The notes beneath the pieces are model-generated. The model was not told where the DNA came from. It ran no database searches and saw only the letters and a list, made by a program, of their open reading frames with translations. The position numbers and the translations under genes are program-made. Shown in pieces: positions 1 through 10,288 of a DNA stretch of 64,000 bases (positions are counted from its first letter, which is position 1; each line of letters begins with the position of its first letter). Location of the stretch: assembly GCA_963674755.2 (NCBI GenBank), contig CAXXVS010000001.1, positions 1 to 64,000 of the forward strand, in the 5' to 3' direction. This DNA comes from Desulfobacterales bacterium. GTDB taxonomy: Bacteria > Desulfobacterota > Desulfobacteria > Desulfobacterales > UBA5852.

Positions 1-498
1 GTAGCAGATGCAGCCCTGGAAATGCTTGCCGTATTCCTTGATCTTGGGCACGACGGTCTGGAAGTTGCGGTAGTCGTTCAAGGCATCGAAGGTGCGGAAG
101 ATGTCCATGCCGTTTTCGCAGGCCCGGTCCATGAAGGCGTTGGCCACGTCGTCGGCGTAGTTGCGGTAGCCCACCAGGTTCTGGGCCCGCAGGAGCATGG
201 AAAAAGGCGTTTTCTTGAAATAGCGCTTCAGGGTGCGGATGCGCTCCCAGGGATCTTCGTTGAGGAAACGGTGCATGGTATCGAAGGTGGCCCCGCCCCA
301 GGTTTCGACGGCCCAGAAGCCGACTTCGTCCATCTTTTCCGCCACGGGGATCATATCTTCGGTGCGCCCCCGGGTGGCGAACAGCGACTGGTGGCCGTCG
401 CGCAGGGTCAGGTCCATTACTTTGACGGGATTTTCCGCCGCCGGCCGCTCCGGGCTGTAATTCATGTCGGTCATTTTGAGTACGGTGTGCTCGCTCAT
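1..498 (-). CDS. Pyruvate carboxylase subunit B / transcarboxylase 5S / OadA-family carboxyltransferase (5' part only, runs off the window)
   Basis: Not in the ORF track. Manual minus-strand translation from ATG 498 (RBS GGAGAAGG) gives MSEHTVLKMTD...MDLTLRDGHQSLFATR...ETWGGATFD...EDPWERIR...MLLRAQNLVGYRNYADD...DIFRTFDALND, the hallmark motifs of this family. Confidence 0.92.
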   Translation of the reverse strand, partial: MSEHTVLKMTDMNYSPERPAAENPVKVMDLTLRDGHQSLFATRGRTEDMIPVAEKMDEVGFWAVETWGGATFDTMHRFLNEDPWERIRTLKRYFKKTPFSMLLRAQNLVGYRNYADDVANAFMDRACENGMDIFRTFDALNDYRNFQTVVPKIKEYGKHFQGCICY

Positions 499-566
499 GA
501 AACCTTCTCCTTGATCATGTATAAAAAGCAAATTTGCGGTTATTGGTAAATTGTCAGGCGCCACCC

Positions 567-785
567 TTAAAAGCGATGGAAGGCCTTAAGCTGCATCATA
601 TTGCCCATCTGCATAAGGGTTTGGCGGCCACTGAGGCCCCACAGGTTGGCCGCGGGGGCCGGGGCCGGCGCTTTAGCCGCGGCGGCGCCCCCCGGGGCGG
701 CTTGCATGCACAGCGCCTCTTCTTCGGATTTGATGTAAGCGGTCACCGCCGCGATGGCTGCCGCCATTTTTTTCTTCTGATCCAT
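567..785 (-). CDS. Small (72 aa) putative acyl-CoA carboxylase/transcarboxylase accessory subunit (epsilon/delta-like)
   Basis: MDQKKKMAAAIAAVTAY, an Ala/Pro linker, then NLWGLSGR. Lies between the two carboxyltransferase genes. No biotinylation MKM motif. Confidence 0.6.
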   Translation of the reverse strand: MDQKKKMAAAIAAVTAYIKSEEEALCMQAAPGGAAAAKAPAPAPAANLWGLSGRQTLMQMGNMMQLKAFHRF

Positions 786-845
786 GGGTTCTCCATTCCA
801 TAGGTTGGCGTGCTGACCGAAGGGGCAACACGCGATCCGCAAGCG

Positions 846-2399
846 CTACATCGGGATGTTGCCGTGTTTCTTGGCCGGGCGCAGTTCGCGTTTGGTGCAC
901 AGGGCCTCCAGGGCATCGATCAGGCGCGGCCGGGTTTCACTGGGCACGATGACGGCATCAATATACCCCCGGTGGGCCGCACAGTAAGGATTGGAAAAGA
1001 GATCTTCGTACTCCTTGATCTTTTCCGCCCGTTTGGCCTTGGAGTCAGCCGCCTCTTTAATGGCTTTGCGATGGATGATGTTGGCGGCTCCGGCGGCCCC
1101 CATGACGGCAATCTCCGCCGAAGGCCAGGCAAAGGCCATATCCGCTCCCAGGTCTTTGGAGCACATGGCCAGGTAGGAGCCGCCGTAGTCTTTGCGGGTC
1201 ACGAGGAGAAGCTTGGGCACCGTGGCTTCGGAATAGCACCACAGCAGTTTGGCCCCGTGGCGGATGATGCCGCCCCACTCCTGGTTGCTGCCCGGCAGGT
1301 AGCCCGGGACGTCGGCAATGGTCAACATCGGGATGTTGAAGGCATCGCAGAAGCGGATGAAGCGGGTGGCCTTGTCGGAGGCATTGATGTCCAGGCAGCC
1401 GGCCATCACGTTGGGCTGATTGGCGATGATGCCGATGGTGCGGCCGTTCAAGCGGGCCAAGCACACCAAAATATTGGCGGCAAAATATTCGTGGGGCTCG
1501 AAGATCTCACCGTTATCCACGATGGCCCGGATGACGTCCTTCATGTCATAGGACTGGTTGGGGTTGTCCGGGATGATGGTGTCCAGCTCCGGCGCCTTGC
1601 GGCGGGGGTCGTCGCCGGTTTCCACCAGGGGCGGATCCTCCATGTTGTTGGACGGCAGGTAGGCGAGCATCTCCCGGATGCGTGCGATGCAGTCCTCGTC
1701 GTTTTCAGCCGCAAAATGGGCTACGCCGCTTTTTTCATTGTGGGTCATGGCACCGCCCAGGTCTTCGAAAGAGATCTCTTCGCCGGTAACGGATTTGATC
1801 ACTTCCGGGCCGGTGATGAACATGTAGCTGGTGTTCTTCACCATGAAGATCCAGTCCGTCATGGCCGGCGAATAAACGGCACCGCCGGCCGTGGGGCCCA
1901 TGATGGCCGAAATCTGGGGGATGACCCCCGAGGCCGCGGAGTTGCGGAAAAAGATCTGGCCGTAACCCGAGAGGGCGTCCACCCCTTCCTGGATGCGGGC
2001 GCCGCCGGAGTCGTTCATCCCCACAAACGGGGCGCCGGCTTTCAGGGCCAGATCCATCACTTTGCAGATTTTTTTAGCGTGCATCTCTCCCAGGCTCCCG
2101 GCCCGGGAGGTGAAATCCTGGGCAAAGGCAAAGACGGTGCGTCCGTTCACCTGGCCATGACCCGTGATCACGCCGTCGGAGGGAATCGCGACCTTCTCCA
2201 TGCCAAAATTGGTGCAGCGATGGGTGACGAACATGTCGATTTCCCTGAACGTGCCGGGATCGAAGAGCACGTTCAGCCGTTCGCGGGCGGTCAGCTTGCC
2301 TTTTTCTTTGTGTTTGGCGACGGCTTTATCACCGCCCATCCCAAGGATTTGCTTCTCTTTCTCCTTGAGAGCCTTGATTCGGTCTTCCGTAACCCCCAT
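846..2399 (-). CDS. Acyl-CoA carboxyltransferase (propionyl-CoA carboxylase beta / methylmalonyl-CoA carboxyltransferase 12S family)
   Basis: GKLTARER, DSGGARIQEG, GPTAGGAVYSP, DVPGYLPG and KKHGNIP motifs. Start MGVTEDR after RBS GGAGAAAGG. Confidence 0.93.
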   Translation of the reverse strand: MGVTEDRIKALKEKEKQILGMGGDKAVAKHKEKGKLTARERLNVLFDPGTFREIDMFVTHRCTNFGMEKVAIPSDGVITGHGQVNGRTVFAFAQDFTSRAGSLGEMHAKKICKVMDLALKAGAPFVGMNDSGGARIQEGVDALSGYGQIFFRNSAASGVIPQISAIMGPTAGGAVYSPAMTDWIFMVKNTSYMFITGPEVIKSVTGEEISFEDLGGAMTHNEKSGVAHFAAENDEDCIARIREMLAYLPSNNMEDPPLVETGDDPRRKAPELDTIIPDNPNQSYDMKDVIRAIVDNGEIFEPHEYFAANILVCLARLNGRTIGIIANQPNVMAGCLDINASDKATRFIRFCDAFNIPMLTIADVPGYLPGSNQEWGGIIRHGAKLLWCYSEATVPKLLLVTRKDYGGSYLAMCSKDLGADMAFAWPSAEIAVMGAAGAANIIHRKAIKEAADSKAKRAEKIKEYEDLFSNPYCAAHRGYIDAVIVPSETRPRLIDALEALCTKRELRPAKKHGNIPM

Positions 2400-2541
2400 T
2401 TGACGTTTCCTTTCTCCCGCCGGTAAATGCTCGCGCAAACGGGCACCATTCCAGTAATCGAGACGTTATTTAATGGTACGGTTTATTTTTAAGCGGCCAT
2501 ATAAAATAGCACTCAGTAACTAAAGCGAAATCACTTAGATC

Positions 2542-3534
2542 CTAGAGAGGTTTGGGGTTGTCAAGGAAAAAAAGGAGTTCGCCGGCCGCCACCGTAGGCG
2601 ACAGGTCTCCCCTGGCCACTGCTTGCCGATATTTGGGAAACTGCCGGCGAATCTCCGGATGACGCAAAAACCGTTCGCGCAGTCCGTCGTCCACCAGGGC
2701 CTGCATCCAATCCAGGGCTTGAGCGCGCCTTTTGATGTCGAATTCCCCGGAAGCCTGCATCCTCTGGCGGTGATCGAGAACCGTTTCCCACACGGTATTC
2801 ACCCCTTCCAGGGACAAGGCACTGCAGGTCAGCACCGGCGGCTGCCAGTTGGGGGACACCGGGGAGAGCAGATGCAGGGCCGAGGCATAGGCCCTTGCCG
2901 CTCGACGGGCTTTGTCGATGTTGTCACCGTCGGCCTTGGTAATGGCGATGGCATCGGCAAGCTCCAGAACCCCCTTTTTGATACCCTGGAGTTCATCGCC
3001 GGCGCCCGCCAGCATCAGCACCAGGAAGAAATCCACCATGGAGGCCACCGTGGTTTCCGACTGGCCCACGCCGACGGTTTCCACAATCATGACGTCAAAT
3101 CCGGCCGCCTCGCAAGCGATCATGGTTTCTCGGGTTTTGCGTCCTACCCCGCCCAGCGTGCCGCCGGACGGGCTGGGGCGGATGAAGGCCTCCGCCTGGA
3201 TCGAAAGCTGCTCCATGCGGGTTTTGTCCGCCATGATGCTGCCGCCGCTACGGGTGGAGCTGGGATCCACGGCCAGAACGGCCACCTTGTGTCCCTGACG
3301 GATCAAGGCCATTCCGAGGCTTTCGATAAAGGTGCTTTTACCGACCCCGGGCACACCGGTAATACCCACACGCACCGCTTTTCCAGAATGGGGCAGGAGC
3401 TGGTCCAGGATGACGCGGGCCATGTCCTTATGGCGGTCGAGGGCGCTTTCGATCAGGGTGATGGTTTTGGAAAGCATGCGGCGATCCCCCTGCAGGACGC
3501 CCTCCACGTAGCTGTCGGGTGCAGCCTGATTCAC
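2542..3534 (-). CDS. meaB: Methylmalonyl-CoA mutase-associated GTPase MeaB/ArgK
   Basis: GITGVPGVGKST, AVDPSS, ETVGVGQSE and GAGDELQGIKKG motifs. Directly downstream of the mutase. Confidence 0.95.
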   Translation of the reverse strand: MNQAAPDSYVEGVLQGDRRMLSKTITLIESALDRHKDMARVILDQLLPHSGKAVRVGITGVPGVGKSTFIESLGMALIRQGHKVAVLAVDPSSTRSGGSIMADKTRMEQLSIQAEAFIRPSPSGGTLGGVGRKTRETMIACEAAGFDVMIVETVGVGQSETTVASMVDFFLVLMLAGAGDELQGIKKGVLELADAIAITKADGDNIDKARRAARAYASALHLLSPVSPNWQPPVLTCSALSLEGVNTVWETVLDHRQRMQASGEFDIKRRAQALDWMQALVDDGLRERFLRHPEIRRQFPKYRQAVARGDLSPTVAAGELLFFLDNPKPL

Positions 3535-3536
3535 GT

Positions 3537-5660
3537 TTAGGCCCCCAGCGTCTTGAGCAGCTTGTTGGCCGAGTCCGTAATCGGCGTGCCCGGCCCGAAG
3601 ATGCCGGAGACGCCCTGCTCCTGTAAAAAGCCATAGTCTTTGGGGGGGATGACCCCGCCCACGAAGACGAGAATGTCTTCACCGCCGAGCTTTTTCAGTT
3701 CCTGGATCAGTTCGGGCACCAGGGCTTTATGGCCTGCGGCTAGACTGGAAGCGCCCACCATGTGGACATCGTTTTCAATGGCCATCTTGGCGGCTTCCTG
3801 GGGCGTCTGGAACATGGGGCTGATGTCCACGTCGAATCCCAGGTCGGCCAGGGCGGTGGCCACGACTTTGATGCCCCGGTCATGGCCGTCCTGGCCCATT
3901 TTGGTGAGCAGAATGCGGGGCCGGCGGCCCTGATTTTCGGCAAACGCTTCGGTGCGTTTGCGCAGGGAGGCGATGATTTCGCTGTCCCCGAACTCGGCGG
4001 CATAGACGTCGGAAATACATTGGGTCGTGGCCACGTAGCGGCCGAAGACCTTCTCGATGGCATCCGATACTTCACCCACCGTGGCCCGTGCCCGGATTGC
4101 AGGAATGCAGGCAGCCATGAGGTTTTCACCCTTTTCGGCGGCCTGGGAGACGGCTTGCAGACAGCGCTCCACCGCGGCGCTGTCGCGCTCCGCCTTGAGC
4201 TTTTCCAGACGGGCGATCTGCTCGTCGCGGACGGCACTGGATACCTCCAGCACATCCAGCGGCGTCTCGTCGGCCAGTTGGAACTTATTCACGCCGACGA
4301 TGACGTCCAGCCCCTGGTCGATGCGGGCCTGGCGACGGGCGGCCGATTCTTCGATGCGCATCTTGGGCATGCCTGTTTCGATGGCCTTGGCCATGCCGCC
4401 CAGGTTTTCCACCTCGGCGATGATTTTTTCCGCTTCCCGGTAGAGGCTGGCCGTCAGCGCTTCCACGTAATAGGAGCCGGCCATGGGGTCGATAACATGA
4501 CAGACCTGGCTTTCGTGCTGAACGACCAGCTGTGTATTGCGAGCGATGCGGGCCGATGTGTCGGTGGGAAGCCCCACGGCCTCGTCGAAGGAGTTCGTGT
4601 GCAGGGACTGGGTGCCCCCCAGAACAGCCGACATGCATTCCAGGGTGGTGCGGATAATGTTGTTGTAGGGATCCTGTTCGGTCAGACTCCAGCCCGAGGT
4701 CTGGCAGTGGGTCCGCAGCATGCTGGACTTGGGGTTTTGGGGATTGAACTGGCTCATCAGCTTGTGCCACAGAAAGCGGGCCGCCCGCAGCATGGCGATT
4801 TCCATAAAAAAGTTCATCCCGATGCCGAAGAAAAAGGACAAGCGCGGGGCGAAGGCGTCGATATCCATGCCGGATTTGAGGGCGGTTTTGACATATTCGA
4901 GACCGTCGGCCAGGGTAAAGGCCAGCTGGAGCAATGAATTGGCGCCGGCCTCCATCATGTGGTAGCCGCTGATGCTGACGGTGTTGAATTTGGGCATGTT
5001 CTGGGAGCAGTAGGCAATGATGTCGGAGACGATGCGCATGGAGGGCACCGGCGGGTAGATGTAGGTATTGCGGGTCAGGAATTCCTTCAGAATGTCGTTT
5101 TGAATGGTGCCGGCGAGCTGTTCCTGCTTGACGCCCTGTTCCTCGGCCGCCACGATGTAGCCTGCCATGATCGGCAAGACCGCCCCGTTCATGGTCATGG
5201 AAACGGACATCTGGTCGAGGGGGATCTGGTCGAAGAGCACTTTCATGTCCTCCACCGAATCGATGGCCACTCCAGCCTTGCCCACATCCCCGGAAACCCG
5301 CGGGTGATCGGAATCGTAGCCGCGATGGGTGGCCAGATCGAAGGCCACCGAGAGGCCGCGCTGCCCGGCCGCCAGATTGCGCCGGTAAAAGGCATTGGAT
5401 TCCTTGGCGGTGGAGAAGCCGGCATATTGGCGAATGGTCCAGGGGCGGCCGGCGTACATGGTGGCCATGGGGCCGCGCACATAGGGCTCCATGCCCGGCA
5501 GGGTGTTCACATGCTCCATGTTCTCCAGGTCTTCAGCCGTATACAGGGGCTTGACGGGGATGCCCTCCGGTGTGTCCCAGATGAGGGTGTCGACGGAATT
5601 GCCCTTCATCTGCTTTTCCGCCAGTTCTTTCCATCGAGTCAGTTCGGGATGTTCTGCCAT
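3537..5660 (-). CDS. scpA: Methylmalonyl-CoA mutase, single-chain, AdoCbl-dependent
   Basis: [44 protein letters not shown] and the B12-binding GQDGHDRG motif. Start MAEHPEL after RBS AGGAGGAG. Confidence 0.96.
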   Translation of the reverse strand: MAEHPELTRWKELAEKQMKGNSVDTLIWDTPEGIPVKPLYTAEDLENMEHVNTLPGMEPYVRGPMATMYAGRPWTIRQYAGFSTAKESNAFYRRNLAAGQRGLSVAFDLATHRGYDSDHPRVSGDVGKAGVAIDSVEDMKVLFDQIPLDQMSVSMTMNGAVLPIMAGYIVAAEEQGVKQEQLAGTIQNDILKEFLTRNTYIYPPVPSMRIVSDIIAYCSQNMPKFNTVSISGYHMMEAGANSLLQLAFTLADGLEYVKTALKSGMDIDAFAPRLSFFFGIGMNFFMEIAMLRAARFLWHKLMSQFNPQNPKSSMLRTHCQTSGWSLTEQDPYNNIIRTTLECMSAVLGGTQSLHTNSFDEAVGLPTDTSARIARNTQLVVQHESQVCHVIDPMAGSYYVEALTASLYREAEKIIAEVENLGGMAKAIETGMPKMRIEESAARRQARIDQGLDVIVGVNKFQLADETPLDVLEVSSAVRDEQIARLEKLKAERDSAAVERCLQAVSQAAEKGENLMAACIPAIRARATVGEVSDAIEKVFGRYVATTQCISDVYAAEFGDSEIIASLRKRTEAFAENQGRRPRILLTKMGQDGHDRGIKVVATALADLGFDVDISPMFQTPQEAAKMAIENDVHMVGASSLAAGHKALVPELIQELKKLGGEDILVFVGGVIPPKDYGFLQEQGVSGIFGPGTPITDSANKLLKTLGA

Positions 5661-5730
5661 GATCCACTCCTCCTGATAATGATGATCCATAAGGCCGCTA
5701 GCGATGCGTTCTGATATCAAATGATCACGC

Positions 5731-6375
5731 TCATGGGCATGGATGGCGGTTGGAACCGTCCTCCGGGCGGGCGATGGCCCGCCAAACCATGTCGAAAAGC
5801 ACCTGGGATTGACCCGCCAGGCCTTCCTGCTGCCCCCGGGATACCCACATGAAAAAAGCGCGCTGGACGCTGCCCAGCATGAAATCCAACAGGATGCCGG
5901 CCCGCACGCAGGGATTGAGAATCCCCTCGGCCTGGCCTTTTTTCAACACTTCCAGATACAAATTGATCATACGTTTTTGCCGGAAGGTGCGATCCGACAT
6001 CCAGGTCTGCATGGGCAAGGTCATAAATAGAATTTTGCCCAAGCCTTCGTGCCGTTCGTAATAATCCAGCTGCAGCCAGTAGACCTTGCGCATCTTCTCT
6101 TTGAGATCTTCGATGCCCTGCAAGTGATCGATGATGCGTTCGGTCAGCTTCCCCAGCCAGATATCGACGAAGCTGAACAAAAGGCGCTCTTTGCTGCCGT
6201 AATGCTTATAAATGGTGGTAAAACTGACCCCGGCGCGGCGGGCCACATCCCGGATATTGGCCTTATGAAAATCGGACTGGGAAAAGATTTCCAGTACCGC
6301 TTTCTCAAGCCTGGCGTGCACCTCCGGACGGAGCTCGGAGACGCCGCGGTCGTCGTCTGGGGTTGGCTGAAACAA
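5731..6375 (-). CDS. TetR/AcrR-family transcriptional regulator
   Basis: N-terminal HTH ([27 protein letters not shown]). Exact start uncertain, possibly GTG near 6342. Confidence 0.9.
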   Translation of the reverse strand: MFQPTPDDDRGVSELRPEVHARLEKAVLEIFSQSDFHKANIRDVARRAGVSFTTIYKHYGSKERLLFSFVDIWLGKLTERIIDHLQGIEDLKEKMRKVYWLQLDYYERHEGLGKILFMTLPMQTWMSDRTFRQKRMINLYLEVLKKGQAEGILNPCVRAGILLDFMLGSVQRAFFMWVSRGQQEGLAGQSQVLFDMVWRAIARPEDGSNRHPCP

Positions 6376-6617
6376 GGGGGTTTTCCGTTGGCTTTCCGAT
6401 TCAGGTTCGATCCATTAGGAAAAACCGGTTATCGAAAAAATAATATAATGATTACAACTACAAAAATCGTTTCAGTGAATAAAGAGCATCTAAAAATGAA
6501 CGCTTGTTACCCCTTCAGGCCTTAAAAAAATCCCAACCGGCTGTCAAGGATATAATAGGGGCTCCAATCACAGCCGTAGAGATGATCAGCGATCATTCCG
6601 ATGGCGTTATACCGCTG

Positions 6618-7019
6618 TTACCGTTCGCAGAGTTCCACTAGAACACCGTTGGTCGCCTTGGGGTGCAAAAAAGCGATCTTGGCGCCGCCGGCCCCCATAC
6701 GCGGCTTCTCGTCGATCAGCCGGACACCCTTGGCCTTGAGTTCCTCAAGGGCGGCTTCGATATCGGCAACCCGAAAGGCAACGTGCTGGATGCCCGGCCC
6801 TTTTTTTTCGATGTATTTGGCTACCGGGCCATCCGGGCTGGTGGATTCCAACAGCTCGACTTCACTTTCACCCACCGGGAAAAAAGCGGTGGTCACTTTT
6901 TGCGCCTCGACCGTTTCGGCACCTTCAAAGGCGAGGCCAAGGATGTCGGACCAGAAGCCCTTGCCCTCATCGATACTGTTGACGGCAATACCCAAATGGT
7001 CGATTTTGAGAATCTGCAT
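6618..7019 (-). CDS. mce: Methylmalonyl-CoA epimerase
   Basis: IDHLGIAV, EVELLE, GIQHVAFRV and AFLHPKATNGVLVELCE (VOC family), in mutase context. Confidence 0.95.
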   Translation of the reverse strand: MQILKIDHLGIAVNSIDEGKGFWSDILGLAFEGAETVEAQKVTTAFFPVGESEVELLESTSPDGPVAKYIEKKGPGIQHVAFRVADIEAALEELKAKGVRLIDEKPRMGAGGAKIAFLHPKATNGVLVELCER

Positions 7020-7133
7020 ACCTTCTCCTTTCCTGGATCACATTAATCACCCGAAGAAATAAGCAATATCCATGCCCTTGATTGCTTGGATCATGTGCAG
7101 CGATCGCGGGTGGACGCTGGGGGCGGGGAAACA

Positions 7134-7173
7134 GATAGCTGGTACAAAACCCTATGGGTTCATACCAGCTATC
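7134..7173 (-). terminator. Intergenic hairpin downstream of prpE (possible terminator or mRNA stabiliser)
   Basis: Perfect 11-bp inverted repeat GATAGCTGGTA...TACCAGCTATC with inner AACCC/GGGTT pairing. U-tract is weak. Confidence 0.4.
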
Positions 7174-7240
7174 GTTGTCGGTGTCCATCAGGGTTGCAGG
7201 TTATGTGCCTCGCTGGGCCGGAAAAGCACCCGCGGGCTAA

Positions 7241-9145
7241 TTACTTCCTCGATCCCGCCAGCCCAATTGTGTTGAGCGCATTCTCGATTTCCCCCAGGAT
7301 GGTGGGGTCGTCGATGGTGGCCGGCACGTTATAGTCCTTGTTGTCGGCAATTTTTTGGATCGTGCCGCGCAGGATTTTGCCGGAGCGTGTCTTGGGGAGC
7401 CGTTTGACCACCGTGGCCGTCTTGAAGGCCGCCACCGGGCCGATACGGTCACGCACCATTTGGACGACTTCTTTTACAATGTCCTCTTCGCCGCGGGTCA
7501 CCCCGGCGTTAAGCACCAGAAAACCGACGGGGATCTGGCCTTTGAGATTGTCTTCCACGCCGAGCACGGCGCATTCCGCCACATCCGGATGATCCGCCAG
7601 GACTTCCTCCATGGCGCCTGTGGACAACCGGTGTCCGGCCACATTGATGATGTCGTCCGTGCGGGACATTACGTAAGCATATCCGTCCGCATCGATGTAG
7701 CCGGCGTCGGCGGTTTTATAGTAGCCCGGGAACTCTTCAAGGTAGGCTTCCTTGTAGCGCTCGTCGGCTTTGTACAGGGTGGGCAAGGTGCCTGGCGGCA
7801 GGGGCAGTTTGACCACCAGCGCGCCGATCTCACCTGGCGCCATCTGCTTGCAGTCGGCGTCCACCACCTGCAGGTCCCATCCGGGGGCGGCCTTGGTGGG
7901 GGAGCCGTATTTCACCGGAAACTGATGCAGGCCCATGCAGTTGGCCGCAATCGCCCATCCGGTCTCGGTCTGCCACCAGTGGTCGATCACCGGCACCTTT
8001 AAATTACGTTCCGACCACGTGATGGTATCGGGATCGGAGCGCTCCCCCGCCAGGAACAGGTATTTGAAGTTGGACAGGTCGTATTGTTTGATCAGGTCGC
8101 CTTTGGGGTCGTCGCGCTTGATGGCCCGAAACGCCGTGGGGGCCGTGAACAGCGAGCGTACACCATGTTGGGAGATGACCCGCCAGAAGACGCCGGCATC
8201 CGGCGTTCCCACGGGCTTGCCCTCGAACAGGATCGTGGTGCAGCCCTTGAACAGGGGACCGTAGACGATGTAGGAGTGGCCCACCACCCAGCCCACGTCG
8301 CTGGCAGCCCAGTATACATCGCCAGCATCCACGTCGTAGATGGCTTTCATGGTCCACTTCAAGGCCACCATGTGGCCGCCATTGTCGCGGACCACCCCCT
8401 TGGGCTGGCCGGTGGTACCAGAGGTGTAGAGGATGTAGAGGGGGTCCGTAGCCGCCACCGGGACGCAGTCTTGGGGCTGGGCGGCCGCCATGGCCTCGTT
8501 CCAGTCCACGTCGCGACCCTCTATCATGGAGGCCGTCTCCATGGGGCGTTGCAGGATGACGCATTTTTCCGGTTTGGAGCTTGAAAGCTCGATGGCCTTG
8601 TCCAGCAGCGGTTTGTAGGCGATGACCTTTTTGACCTCGATGCCGCAGGAGGCTGTCACGATCACCTTCGGTTTGGCGTCGTCGATGCGGGTGGCCAACT
8701 CCTTGGCCGCAAAGCCGCCGAAAACCACCGAGTGGATGGCTCCCAATCGTGCGCAGGCCAGCATGGCGATGGCGGCCTCCGGGATCATGGGCATATAAAC
8801 GATGACCCGGTCGCCCTTGGTGACGCCCTGGTTGACGAGGACGCCGGCGAATTTGGCGACTTCGTCCCGCAGTTGGAGATAGGTATATTTCCTGATCGTG
8901 TCGGTGACCGGGCTGTCATAGATCAGCGCATCCTGGCCGCCACGCCCGTTTTCGACGTGAATATCCAGGGCGTTGTAGCAGGTATTGCATACGCCACCGG
9001 TAAACCAGCGGTAGAACGGCTTGTTGGAGTCATCCAGAACCTTGTCCCATTTCTTGTACCAATGGCAGTCCTCGGCCGCTTCGCCCCAGAAGGCTTCCGG
9101 GTCGTTGATGGATTTTGCGTAAGCTTCATCATACAGATTGGTCAT
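7241..9145 (-). CDS. prpE: Propionyl-CoA synthetase (AMP-forming acyl-CoA synthetase)
   Basis: YILYTSGTTGQPKGV, SDVGWVVGHSYIVYGPL, DHWWQTETG and LPKTRSGKILR motifs, in propionate-pathway context. Confidence 0.88.
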   Translation of the reverse strand: MTNLYDEAYAKSINDPEAFWGEAAEDCHWYKKWDKVLDDSNKPFYRWFTGGVCNTCYNALDIHVENGRGGQDALIYDSPVTDTIRKYTYLQLRDEVAKFAGVLVNQGVTKGDRVIVYMPMIPEAAIAMLACARLGAIHSVVFGGFAAKELATRIDDAKPKVIVTASCGIEVKKVIAYKPLLDKAIELSSSKPEKCVILQRPMETASMIEGRDVDWNEAMAAAQPQDCVPVAATDPLYILYTSGTTGQPKGVVRDNGGHMVALKWTMKAIYDVDAGDVYWAASDVGWVVGHSYIVYGPLFKGCTTILFEGKPVGTPDAGVFWRVISQHGVRSLFTAPTAFRAIKRDDPKGDLIKQYDLSNFKYLFLAGERSDPDTITWSERNLKVPVIDHWWQTETGWAIAANCMGLHQFPVKYGSPTKAAPGWDLQVVDADCKQMAPGEIGALVVKLPLPPGTLPTLYKADERYKEAYLEEFPGYYKTADAGYIDADGYAYVMSRTDDIINVAGHRLSTGAMEEVLADHPDVAECAVLGVEDNLKGQIPVGFLVLNAGVTRGEEDIVKEVVQMVRDRIGPVAAFKTATVVKRLPKTRSGKILRGTIQKIADNKDYNVPATIDDPTILGEIENALNTIGLAGSRK

Positions 9146-9274
9146 GGATTGCGTTCCTTTCTGTTTCTTATCCGAGTTGCCGAAAACACCCCGTGCAGCG
9201 GAAACACCATGGTTCGGCCAAGCGTCAAGGTTGCATGGTCGGGGCGTTGTGCCCGGATTAGCGGACCTTCGCCG

Positions 9275-9898
<624 letters not shown>

Positions 9899-10086
9899 CC
9901 TCCCAAGATTCAATTTGTTATAGGCTATGGAGCTTATCATCTTGCGGGATGTGTCCTCGGATTATCCCGCTCTCGAAGCGCCGTTCCTGCTTTCGGCCGG
10001 TCTCCCTGGATAGCGCCACCTCCTTTCACGGCCGATTGCGGAAGAGCTTAACACAAGGTGCCCTCCGCACAGGATGCCCATGGCAG

Positions 10087-10102
10087 TGCAACTCATATGC
10101 CA
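10087..10102 (-). promoter_or_regulatory. Sigma54 (-24/-12) promoter for satP-prpE
   Basis: Minus strand TGGCAT-ATGAG-TTGCA matches TGGCAC-N5-TTGCW with exact spacing. An AT-rich tract and an enhancer-binding protein gene lie upstream. Confidence 0.8.
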
Positions 10103-10190
10103 TAAAATTTATGGTTTAGAAAGTCTTTAAAAGACTAATATATAGATAATGGTTAAATAGGAATATTGAATATGAATAAAATTCATTAAT

Positions 10191-10286
10191 GAGTCAAAAA
10201 AGTCCCATTCTATGGCATAAAAACATAAAACTAATTAATATTAAAAGGAATATATGTATAGCGACATAAATGCCCCATTATGGGGC
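10191..10286. promoter_or_regulatory. Candidate upstream activator sites for the sigma54 enhancer-binding protein
   Basis: Two related imperfect 16-bp palindromes, GAGTCA-AAAA-AGTCCC (10191-10206) and GCGACA-TAAA-TGCCCC (10261-10276), both followed by ATT, plus GCCCCAT-T-ATGGGGC. They lie about 90-180 bp upstream of the -24 box. Confidence 0.45.
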
Positions 10287-10288
10287 GT

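Noticed and set aside
810..2426. Long plus-strand ORF (538 aa), and similar antisense ORFs such as 22-549, 19581-21395, 36350-37900, 48892-50421 and 56557-58617
   Set aside because: Shadow frames opposite well-supported genes in high-GC DNA, with no recognisable motifs or RBS.
6380..6600. AT-rich region upstream of the TetR gene as an operator or foreign DNA
   Set aside because: No convincing palindrome shared with the other propionate-gene leaders could be identified by eye. Consistent with an ordinary promoter region.
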